A stretch of DNA of 64,000 nucleotides from Strigamia acuminata (taxonomy: Eukaryota). Shown one piece after another: positions 48,904 through 59,443 of the stretch; the stretch's first letter is position 1, and each line of letters begins with the position of its first letter. The stretch covers positions 23,994,001-24,058,000 of the forward strand of contig OX442314.1 in the NCBI GenBank assembly GCA_949358305.1, written 5' to 3'. The notes beneath the pieces were generated by a model, which was not told the DNA's origin, ran no database searches, and saw only the letters and a list, made by a program, of their open reading frames with translations. The position numbers were made by a program, and so were the translations under genes.

Positions 48904-51010
48904 CCACTTTTCCTTTCCTGACGCCTGTCTTTCATCTGGACGTTTACCCCTTTGTCACGACACTTGGTCCTTTATCACCTCAGATTCTTGGGTTCTTGAT
49001 ACGGTCAGAGGGATAAAATTGGAATTTTTAAGTCCACCTATTCAATCAGAATTTCGTACACCAGTTTTCGATCAGATTAAACATGAACTAATCAGGGAGG
49101 AGGTTAAGGCCATGATCCTTAAAGGGGCCGCTTATTCGGTTCTTCCTTGCCAAGATCAAATAATTAGTTTTCTTTTTCTAGTTTCTAAAAAAGATGGCGG
49201 TTTTCGGCCTATTATTAATCTTAAACCCCTCAATTCCTTTTTGGTTTTCAACCATTTCAAAATGGAGAATATTCACACCGCCTTGTCTCTGGTGGAGAAA
49301 GACGCTTTTATGTTTAAACTGGATCTATCTGATGCCTATTTTTCGGTGGCCATACACCCAGAATCTCGAAAATTTTTGAGATTTTTCTGGGAAGGTGTTC
49401 TGTATGAACTAGGAGTGCTTCCCTTTGGTTTAGGTCCCGCTCCCTTTTACTTTACAAAATTGTGTAGAGCTGTAGCAACTTTCCTTCGATCTCTTTACGT
49501 TCGGTTAGCAGTCTATTTAGACGATTGGTTTTTTATAAATAAATCTCACGAACTTCTTACACGACAGAGGGATTTTGTTTGCCTTCTTTTTCGCGCTCTG
49601 GGTTTTATCATTAATTTGAAAAAATCGATCCTTGAGCCCACTACTTCGATTACCTTTTTAGGCTTTCTAATTGATTCAGTTTCTATGAGCGTCTCCTTGC
49701 CACCAGACAGAGTTCAGAATATTCTTTCCTCCCTCGAAGACTTGCTTCAATCAGAAACCTGTTCTATACGAGAACTGTCTTCTATTATCGGCAAACTTAA
49801 CGCCACAACAATTGCCATTTCCTCTGCGCCCCTACATTATCGGGGACTGCAACATTTAAAAGCCCGTAATTTCACCGGAAATTATGAATCCACATGTTTT
49901 ATAACAGAAGAAGCTAGGTCAGAGCTTTTATGGTGGAAACAAAATTTGAGATTTTGCAAGGGCAGATCTCTTCTTCCTAAACCTTGTCTCTTATGCTTTG
50001 ATTCCGATGCCTCCCTAACAGGATGGGGGGCAACTTCTTCAGGCGTTAGTATAGGAGGCTCCTGGCCCTCTCCCCTTGTTAAGAAACATATCAATGTTCT
50101 TGAACTTTTAGCTGCTTTTTGGGGTCTCAAGTCTTTTGCTAAGGATTTATCCGATAGTATAGTTAAGATTAGAATGGACAATACTGCAGCGATTGCCTCC
50201 ATAAATCATCTGGGCAGCCCCAGATCCCGAGACCTTACTGCCGTAGCACAAGACCTTTGGTCTTGGGCTATGGAAAGGAATATCTCTGTTCAAGCGGAGC
50301 ACATCCCGGGTCGCCTCAATATAGAAGCGGACGCGGCCTCTAGGGGTAAGATCGTAGACTCAGGTGACTGGATGTTGAATCATAAGGTCTTTCACTCCAT
50401 TGATCAAATTTGGGGTCCCTTTTATTTAGACCTTTTCGCGGCAATGCATAATGCGCAATTAGAAAACTTCTTTAGCTGGAAGCCCGACCCTGCTGCTCAG
50501 GCCTTTGATGCCTTAGTTCAGGACTGGGGATCAGGAATTTCTTACGCTTTTCCTCCTTTTTGCCTCGTTCCAAAATGCCTTCAAAAAATCCGCAATGCTT
50601 CGACACCTACTCGAATAGTTCTGATCACCCCGATTTGGCCTAGCCAAGCTTGGTTTCCGGTAATTCCACATTCAGGAAATTTGTTCTTTTCTTTCTACTA
50701 AATCGAGATTTATTTTCAGCTTCTCTGGTCCCTATCGACGGAATCCCCGATACGGTTGCCCCAACTCCCGAATCTTTTGACGAATGCGCTGAAACAACCC
50801 CATCCGCTTCTCCTAGCGCGATCCCTGCAGCTGGCCGCATGGAAACTGTCATCGGTTCCCTCGGAAACGGAGGTCTTTCAACGAACGCTTCCAAATTGGT
50901 GGGGTGTTCCTGGCAGTCCTCGTCAAATAAGATCTACGACGGACACTGGAAGTCTTGGCTCCACTGGTCTACACGAAACAATGTTGACCCTGTTCGCCCA
51001 TCTGCCATAA
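48119..51010 (+). CDS. pol: DIRS Pol: reverse transcriptase, RNase H and Dam-like methyltransferase domain; 60-nt intron at 50660-50719; true start probably through Gag fusion
   Basis: GGFRPIINLK, DLSDAYF, LPFGL, YLDD; SDASLTGWG, HINVLEL, MDNTAA, ADAASR; DLFA...YAFPPF; after intron removal WPSQAWFP-LLWSL...HPLL...LAAWKLS. Confidence 0.9.
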
Positions 51011-51810
51011 AGTTGGCAAATTACCTTTCTTCTCTTTTTACTGATAATTTTGCGCTTAGCACAATAAATGCCCATCGTTCGGCTATTTCTCAGACCATCA
51101 GTTTAATTTCTTCAATTGATCTAGGTTCTCACCCACTTATCAGGCGCGTCATGAAAGGCATCGCCAATTCGCGTCCACAAATTCCGAAATATTCCTCCAT
51201 TTGGCATGTAGGCCCGGTTCTTCTCTTCCTTAAGTCACGGTTTCTTTTACTTCCTACCTTCTCCAAGTTAGAGATTAATCGTCATATCGCCACACTCTTG
51301 GCCCTTTCCTTAGCAGGAAGGGCTTCAGATCTCAAACTCTTATCATCCAAAGTAGTTTTTTCAGCTAACTCTTGTGTTTTTCCTCTCCTAGGAAAGAGAA
51401 AATCCTCCTCTACAGTCCCTTTCGTTCTACCCCGTTTCGAGGACAAGGAATTATGTCCGGTCGAGGCCATTAAATTTTATTTAAAACACTCAGCCGCTTT
51501 TCGCGGATCCTCTCTTCAATTCTTTTTGGCGTCCTCACGTCCTTTTGGACCGGTCACTTCTTCCACTATTGCCAGGTGGATCAAGGAAACCTTGTCCATG
51601 GCAGGAGTAAACACTGCTATTTTTTCGGCCCATTCTACCCGTGCAGCCGCCACTTCCTTTGCTTGGTCAAAAGGAGTTAATTTATCTCACATCCTTCGAG
51701 CGGCAGATTGGTCCTCTGCCTCGATATTTTTCAAATTTTATAATCATCCAGTCGAGAGAATTTCGACTGATTTTACTTCTACTGTTTTAGAGGCTACGAA
51801 GAGCCTATAG
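50839..51810 (+). CDS. DIRS tyrosine recombinase (frame open from 50644; first ATG at 50839)
   Basis: YR catalytic pattern GRASDL...HSTRAAATS...AADWSSASIFFKFY; N-terminal SAM-like YDGHWKSW region; overlaps the MT tail. Confidence 0.93.
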   Translation: METVIGSLGNGGLSTNASKLVGCSWQSSSNKIYDGHWKSWLHWSTRNNVDPVRPSAIKLANYLSSLFTDNFALSTINAHRSAISQTISLISSIDLGSHPLIRRVMKGIANSRPQIPKYSSIWHVGPVLLFLKSRFLLLPTFSKLEINRHIATLLALSLAGRASDLKLLSSKVVFSANSCVFPLLGKRKSSSTVPFVLPRFEDKELCPVEAIKFYLKHSAAFRGSSLQFFLASSRPFGPVTSSTIARWIKETLSMAGVNTAIFSAHSTRAAATSFAWSKGVNLSHILRAADWSSASIFFKFYNHPVERISTDFTSTVLEATKSL

Positions 51811-51907
51811 TTAAACAACATTTATTGCCTAAGCTGTAATATAATTGAATATTTTGCTAAGTTATGACGCAAAATATGAATTATATAAAGAGGCAATAAA
51901 TGTTGTT
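51802..51907 (+). repeat. DIRS internal complementary region (ICR)
   Basis: First part is the reverse complement of the left-ITR start; second part is the reverse complement of the right-ITR end; the two meet at AATT. Confidence 0.95.
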
Positions 51908-52094
51908 ATTTCCCACCCTCATTTTGATTTTATGTTTTTGGTTGATAGATATCTTGACCACCCTAACAACATTTGTTTATGGTTTTTTATTGTATTTTCA
52001 GATCGCCAATAAAGTCGATCCGTCACCTCTCCTTGATGTTTTCAGTAAATAAAGTTTTATTTCTGAAACTACTTGTTTTATTCCTCAGTTCCTT

Positions 52095-52274
52095 AAATTG
52101 GACTGGGGGTCAGGTCTCGGGCTAGACCATAAGTAGAGGTCAAGCCCTCCACCTGGTTTTTCTTTTAAGTACTAGTAAATATTTAATTAATTGGACAAGC
52201 CTATAGTTAAACAACATTTATTGCCTCTTTATATAATTCATATTTTGCGTCATAACTTAGCAAAATATTCAATT
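52095..52274 (+). repeat. DIRS right inverted terminal repeat with 3' extension (rE)
   Basis: Reverse complement of the left ITR plus an extension complementary to the ICR, ending AATT. Confidence 0.95.
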
Positions 52275-52498
52275 CCCCAGTTTAGTCAACTTTAAAAGTG
52301 CCTTTAATCCGAAAAGCGAACAACCAGCTATTAATACACTCATGCCCACATAAAATATTTAATTATTTGCATTTAAATCAAAATTTAAAAAAATAATATT
52401 AAAAAAAAACAATTTGAATAAAAAATAAAAACAAAAATAAAAATAAAAATCGATATTGTGCAATCATTGTAGACAAAGACAAAAAAAGATTGCCGTAC

Positions 52499-52802
52499 CA
52501 GTAGGACTGGGAGTCAACTGCATGGGAACAACTTCAGGTCTATCAATGTCAAAGACGGATGTAAAATTCAAAACCGGAAATCGATTTTTCTTCAAATCGT
52601 CGATTGTAGACGCTAGTTTGCGGTTGTAAGCACGGATCCTTATGCCAAAAGTGGTATGGGGTAAAATCACTCCTAGAGTGAGCACTTTTTTCGAGCTCTT
52701 TGTCTCGTCCCTGGACCCAATCCCCCGCACGCATCGCACACATTCGACGGAAACCAACAACAAGAAAGCCGTCACCAGCACGTCGCAAACACCTGGCCTC
52801 AT
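52499..52802 (-). CDS. Nmdar2: NMDA receptor GluN2 first coding exon (signal peptide and ATD start)
   Basis: MRPGVCDVLVTAFLLLVSVECV signal-like segment, LTLGVILPHTTFGIRIRAYNR...LTPSPT; phase-1 GT donor matches the next exon. Confidence 0.88.
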
Positions 52803-52931
52803 TTTCTGGCGCGCCACGACATTGCAACTAGACCAACTGGGCTTCTCCACCCGATTAGATTCTGCCTGATGTTCAGTTCTGCTCGCATCTGCTCACTGCA
52901 GCAACATACACCCGGGCTTCAGTGCGTGTTC

Positions 52932-53240
52932 ATTGGTTACTGCGCCACGTGACGTCATTCTCAATCGCAAACGAGGGGATGAAATGAAGAGTAGAGGGCA
53001 ATACGGGGTGAGATGCCAAAAGGGGAGAGACACTCAATTATTGATCTGCTAATGCAATTATTAGCTTTCAGTCGACACCTAGAAAAACAAACGTTTCAAT
53101 TTGATTTCATTGCTTTTTTTATTCCATTTTCGTCGCTCGAAATTGTTTTGCTCGCTGGGAATAACTTGTTATTTAATCAATTCGTCACATTTATTGCATT
53201 TTACCACAATTTCATCATTCTAGTCTCTGGATTGACGTCA
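52932..53240. promoter_or_regulatory. Putative Nmdar2 proximal promoter with CCAAT, E-box and two full CRE palindromes
   Basis: ATTGG 52932-52936; overlapping CACGTG and TGACGTCA at 52946-52957; second TGACGTCA at 53233-53240; 130-440 bp upstream of the ATG. Confidence 0.4.
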
Positions 53241-53846
53241 AATAGTGTGTGACGTGGGTCGGTGTAATCCTTTTTTAATTTACTCCGAGATGCGTAACCT
53301 TTCGAACGACGTCAGAGCTCTATTTTTAGAACTTTTCCTCAAACATTTTTAAAGGTGAAAAATAAAAATATAGTTTAGAGTTCAGAGAGTTTCAAACATT
53401 AGCATAAACTAAGAGTAAAATTCAGCTTTTTGTGTGTGTGCACTGTGCACTGTGCGCTGATGTTAAGGTGATACAGCATTGGCATGACAATTATGCTGAG
53501 ATGTGCAGGCTTTCACAGGAACACTGACAGTCATTTCCCAGGGGCACCATTGGGGAAAAATCACATTGACACACGACGTGGTGTTCTTGATGCTTGATTC
53601 GAGACATTTCAAGAGCATATAGCAAACTATGTAGTACAAAAGACGAAGAAAAGTAATTTCCATTGTTCTTTTTTATTTTCTTTTCTAGAATTTGTGGGGA
53701 TAATAAAAACTGGTCACAAAATAGCTTTTTGGTATTTACTGTCAGCGAGTGAAATTTTTTGATATTTTAATACAAAATATATGAAATACGATGCGATTTG
53801 GATAGAATTTTCTCCCAATATTATCTATTTTTATCTCGACGTTTAA

Positions 53847-54244
53847 CCTTTCTAAGACGTCGATTTTTAACTCCAGTTTTATAAAATAAATAAAAAAAAA
53901 AAATAAAAATCCAAAATTAATTTTGGCTGAAATTGGCCAGAAAGGAAACCCAAATCTCGGCTTAATGTTGTTTACATTTTTCGCCGTTAATTATGTCTCA
54001 AAATTTCTTTTTTTTGCCATTGAAGCACTGTGTATTCTGCAGCAACAAGTTCTATGTACTTAGAAGCTATTACTCAAGACATAACATTACTTTTTTGTCA
54101 CTGTTAAATTGTAATAGAACTTTGTTTACAACCTATGCCCTTTGTCAATCTCGCTTCCTTCCTTTTTATATCTTAAGATTTAAAAATTCCTGTCCATCTG
54201 TCCCCATTTCGCGAGTTCCACGCGTCTCACCCGGACGTAAAGGA
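53847..54244. mobile_element. Possible degenerate piggyBac-type MITE
   Basis: TTAA-CCTTT...AAAGGA-TTAA ends; TIR match is short. Confidence 0.3.
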
Positions 54245-57200
54245 TTAAATGCTCGATTAAATACGATCATAAAAAAGAAAGAATGGTAAAAGATGGAGCC
54301 AGGAATAAAGAAGAGAAACACGGTGGCCACGAAGTTGGCATCGCAACAAAAAAATAAAAAATAAAATAAAACAAACAAACTCGCTACAGAAACAGCTAAT
54401 TTTTTTAAATCTTTTAATCTTTAGGGAAAAACAACGTTTTTAGTGATCCGAATGCAACGACTAATCTTGAAGTGCCTTAAAAACCATTATTCTAATAATG
54501 CATCAAAATTGACGGCGCTATTGATCTATTTTCATCAGCATGTGTTCACTCTTGGTAGTTGTTTATGACACTTTAGCACTTACCATAAAAACACCCAATA
54601 TTAGATAGATTTTAATAAATATCTGAAATACTCAAAAGCGCAAAATGGAAAATTTCACGAACAATTACAGGGCGCACTTTATTTTTTAAATATAAATATC
54701 TCTAAAAACCAATTCCGTGTGGAATCTTAGAATCAAAGCTTTTTTTTTCTGTTGGTGTTGCTGAAATTAGTGTGTTTTACAATCGATGGCGTCTTAAAAT
54801 CGAACACTATACCTACAGGCCTTTGTTGACAGTGGGAAACTAAAGATAAGACTTGAGATGAAATTTGCATAGCTTGCGTTTATAGTACAAAGTTTAATTG
54901 AAAAAACAAATGACTATAAATTTACCAAAAAAATCCACGTTAGCACTGAAACTGGTGGTTGAATTTAATAAATAAAATTCACTTAGAAAAGACTGGGGGG
55001 ATTACAACCAAATGGCACCACTTTCTCTTTCAATTAAATCTTATTTTTATCCCTTATCCTTTAGGATTTAAATACCAACTAAATTCAAATTTGGCTCAAA
55101 TATTTCCCTGCGATTAAAAGTAATCCATTCATAACTCTTCATCCAAAAAAAAAATAAGATTTTTAAAGGGCGATAGAGTTACTGCGAACGATTTGCTCGC
55201 AAATCATCATTACCGCACATTTCAGTGGCAGAATGACGCAATTATTTAAAACCTCACATATACCTCGCAGCAAACAAATGATTCACGTTTCCTCACTCGT
55301 TTTTACATTAAGTCAACATTACTTTGCCTTCGATGACAACTTCTACCTATAATCATTTTTCAAATCAACTGATCCACGTTTTTCAATTCTTTTACAGTAA
55401 CATTTTCAACTTCTAATCGATTAAAACTGAGATATACGGTTAGGTTCGCGAGGGGTCAAACGAGGGTTAACCAAGTTCAACTTTTCGCTGTGCATCGAGT
55501 CTCATTGCTCGATTTCGCGCCAGGAGTCGTCAAGTCTAGTGTGAATTGTTGTGTGAACTAACCTTAAGACTTTCAGATCCACTAGTTAATTAATTACCTT
55601 GTGTGTCTGAATGCAGATAATGCTACAAATTCCTCATTTCCAGACGTCCAGAAATGAAAAAGAATGGACAAAGCAATTAAGTGATTGCTTCCGGGCACTG
55701 CCAAGAAATAGAAATATCAATAATGAGTGCATGCACCTAAATATTTTTGGACGCCAGAGGAGGAATTTACATGTTATTATGACATCAATCAACCTAAAAC
55801 TTCAATCTCAGACGCATGACCAAATATTGTCTGACATTTTTAATTAAAACTTATATTACCAAACGATAGACATGCATGATTTATGCATGGTAACCACTTT
55901 CCCATCAAAGCAATAAATATTTTTTATTCGGATATATATTTTTAACTGTGTGGCCGGTGGTTCTGCTACCATCAACAGAAATCACTACCCACCATCCAAC
56001 AGCCCCTTCCGATAAAAATCAAAAGATAAGTCGAATAAATGCCCAGATTGACAGAAAAGCTTATGCAACTGACCCGTCCTCAGCAGCTAACACGAAGACT
56101 AATGTTGTGTTGAAAAGTCCATACTCCATTGTGATAACTGGTAGCCTGGTAGGCCGGCCAGTGGCATAACTATTCTTATTTTATTTTTTATTTTAATTCC
56201 CTTACTAATTCGCGATCACAGATCACGGACCCATTTGACCACCACAAATACAAAACATAGTGCTTAAGAACCGCGACTTAGGGACGGATAATTTGTATTT
56301 ACGCCACATATTGCTTTGACCACAATATAGACATCACAAATTTGGACAATATACTAAGTTGTTGATGCGACTAAATCATGACATCCGAGGAGCACGTGAT
56401 GTGAGAACATTTCAAATCTATGACAGTTATTGAGACATTCAGTGCTAGATGTTGCTGTTGAATTCACAGATAACTTAATTGGTAATGTGCCATTCCAGCG
56501 ATCAGGCGAGAAGTGATTTGATTCCCAATCCTCAACTCGTCAAACCTAATCTACTTGATTTTCTATCACATTAGTATTCAGAGTCAATGATGTGCATGTT
56601 GAGTTCAAAAGCAATATTTAATACAAGTAAAAGAACGGATTTTTTAAAATATATTAGGTATTTATTTAAAATACCAATAAACACTAAATTCATTCAGTTT
56701 AATATATGGTCTTCTCAGCCTTTCTACTGACAGCAAAAATAATTACAAGGTTCATATGGTCAGTTTTCCAGAAAAGTGAAAATTTCAAATTTTGCTTTAC
56801 TAGAAAATAAAAAAATGGATTGTGTAAAAAAAAAACGGTTTTGCACAAACAATATTAAAAAACTTAATTCCATTTATAAAAGGTAGATTTTGGACTGGAT
56901 TTTTTCATATTTTGGATATGATTTTTAATATATTTCCCACTCCAATTTAAAAAAATTATTTTCTGGTTAATGTGTCTGTTTAAACCAGTTAATGAGACAG
57001 AATTCAGGGTCAAGTTAATAACACACTTCTTCAATTGGGTTTGTAATTTTGATGCCACTTTTAAAACATACAAAAAACTTTCATTAATTTTGAGATTTTT
57101 TTTTAAAATATGGTAGTAACAATAATAGCAATAAATAATAATAAAGTAGAGAAGTTGTTTTGGAAAGGGAAACCTCAGTGAGTCAAACCCCTCAAGCACG

Positions 57201-57547
57201 TGCCTCTCATATTACTAAAAATATTATAAATTTCACCAAACCGAACTTTTACTCAAAAAAAATATAAAAGACAATAACACTCCGTAATAATTAATTGAAA
57301 ATAAAAATAGTTAAAAACTGACCATTTCCATTCCTAAAATGAAATATTTAAGCAATGTTTATCATTTTTCTCCCAATAAAAAACTGAAGTAAAGACAGTA
57401 TTTGATATTCGTTTTATTTTTAAAAATACCGGTTTTTGATACTGGTAAATACCTGGTTGGGTCGGGCCACCGTACGGCCCGACCCATCCAGATTTCCTGA
57501 TACTGAATTTGTATCCAGTCCAGCCCTGCTCGGGATGGACTAATCGT

Positions 57548-58035
57548 CAGCCGTCAGCCCCCCATTTCCCAAAACCCCAAAAGCCTCCCAAACTCGGCTG
57601 CCGTCAGCCTTGAGTTGTCAGCAGGCCCCCCAAACTCGACAGCTTGGGAGGGCTGCCGAGTTTGAGGGGGCTGACGAATTTGAGGGGGCTGCCAAGTTTG
57701 AAGGGGGCTGCTGACAACCCAAGCCTGATGGCTGCCGAGTTTGGAAGGGCTGTCGAGTTTGGGGGGGCTGCCGAGTTTGGGGGGGCTGCCGAGTTTGGGG
57801 GGGCTGCCGAGTTTGGGCGGGCTGCCGAGTTTGGGGGGGCTGCCGAGTTTGGGGGGGCTGCCGAGTTTGGGGGGGCTGCCGAGTTTGGGGGGGGGCTGCC
57901 GAGTTTGGGGGGGCTGCCGAGTTTGGGGGGAAAGGCTGATGGCTGCCGAGTTTGGGGGCTGCTGACAACCCAAAGATGACGGCAGCCGAGTTTGGAAGGC
58001 TTTGGGAGTTTTGGGAAATGGGGGGCTGACGGCTG
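57548..58035. mobile_element. GC-rich inverted-repeat element enclosing an 18-bp minisatellite
   Basis: Roughly 57-bp imperfect TIRs (CAGCCGTCAGCCCCCCATTTCCCAAAAC... / ...GTTTTGGGAAATGGGGGGCTGACGGCTG); internal GGGGGGGCTGCCGAGTTT tandem array of about 10 copies. Confidence 0.7.
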
Positions 58036-58128
58036 CCGGTGCCGAGAGTAATTTGATGAATTTGATTAATTTTCAAATTTAACTGAGATTTAATCTCGAA
58101 ATATTACGTAAAAAACTAACGCCATGTA

Positions 58129-58285
58129 CAGTGCACTCTGTGTGGTCTAGACATAAAAAAGTTGTCCCAGAAAGTTGTCTGGGAGGGGGAATTTACCATT
58201 ACTGGGTATAGTTTGGGTCCTGCAAACCTATCTGAACCAGATAGCTATCCGGACGAGCACTGTCCGGTCTATACAGAGTACACTG
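58129..58285. mobile_element. Short TA-flanked Tigger/pogo-like MITE
   Basis: TA-CAGTGCACTCTGTG...TACAGAGTACACTG-TA. Confidence 0.6.
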
Positions 58286-58487
58286 TACACAGACGCAGTT
58301 TTCCAAAATAGCAAAATTTCATTTTCTTTTTCAAGTTGGTACCTGAAGAGGGCACGTAACTGTCCCGACAGCCACAAGCTAACATATTAGTTGAATTTTC
58401 GGGTATATTCCCAAGTTAGACAATGAATGATTAAATATCGCATCTACATAGATGCAATGTTAAATTGATCATACGTGCTACTGGAGT

Positions 58488-59443
58488 CAGGGCCGTCTTA
58501 ACACTTTTCAGCACCCTGGGCTTAAAAAAAAATCAGGCACCCCTTGCCTTTTACATTTACAATTTCACAGACCCGTTCCTAACGTATACTTGTAGTGCAC
58601 TCATATTTTTTAGGCATGCTACCATCTTCCCTCGAATATAACGTCATGAGGTTATATTCAAGTTTTTTCAAAAATCGCTGTTTTCGAAAGTTTTAGCGAT
58701 TTTTCGAATATAACGTCACTTCGAATATAACGTCATGACGTTGTATTCGAATACAACGGCATGACGTTATATTCGAGTTATATTTGAGAAGCGTTGCGGG
58801 GTGCGCTTTTTACAAGCGCGATGCCAGGAAGCATTGAATTGAAAATGAATTGAACCGAATCGGACACGAATTGGACACGAATTGAAAACGTACTGTATAT
58901 TTTGAACTTAAAATTTCAATTCAATTTTTTTTTTCAAAATTACGTTACCAATTACTGATTTTTCAGAAATTTTACAAAAAATTTCTGATTTTTCAGAAGT
59001 TTTACAACAAAATTTCTGGTTTTTTAGAAGTTTTACAACAAAATTGTGATTTTTCAGAAGTTGTACTAAAAAAACACAATACAACGTCATGACGTTATAT
59101 TCGAGAGAAGACGGTAGCGCCTCACTGCCACCCCCCTCCAAAAGAAGTACCGTACTGGTAAGCATTGATGTGAAATCACACCAAAAAATTCCTTTTCGAA
59201 CCTAAAAATGCATTTTCGAACCTAAAAATTCATTTTTAGAGAAAAAATGGCACCCAGGGTACGCCCCCTGACCTGTGGTGCCTATGTGTTTTACACATTA
59301 TCAACAATGTGTGGGACGGGGCCAACAAGTTCAGCTTATATTTGAACACTCATGAAGACTCTTTGTAGGAGGCGCCTGGCATTCGCCTCTGCCCGGCGTC
59401 CCTGCGCTGCAGCCCAGTTAGCCCAATGGTAAAGATGGGCCTG
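58488..59443. mobile_element. hAT-type MITE hosting a nested pogo-like MITE
   Basis: CAGGGCCGTCTT / AAGATGGGCCTG TIRs; 8-bp flanks ACTGGAGT and ACTGGGGT (7 of 8 match). Confidence 0.65.
58622..59114. mobile_element. Pogo/Tc2-like MITE related to 22513-22990
   Basis: TA-flanked CCATCTTCCCTCGAATATAAC / GTTATATTCGAGAGAAGACGG; repeated CGAATATAACGTCATGACGTTRTATTCG palindromes. Confidence 0.8.

Larger units (their letters stand above)
47071..52274 (+). mobile_element. Full-length DIRS1-like tyrosine-recombinase retrotransposon (5.2 kb)
   Basis: Inverted terminal repeats, internal complementary region, AATT at both ends matching the ICR junction, gag, RT/RH/MT and YR ORFs. Confidence 0.96.

Noticed and set aside
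57554..58076. Repetitive ORFs (PPKLGS, PPQTRQ, GGAAEF)
   Set aside because: Several frames on both strands are open simply because the stop-free 18-bp unit is a multiple of three
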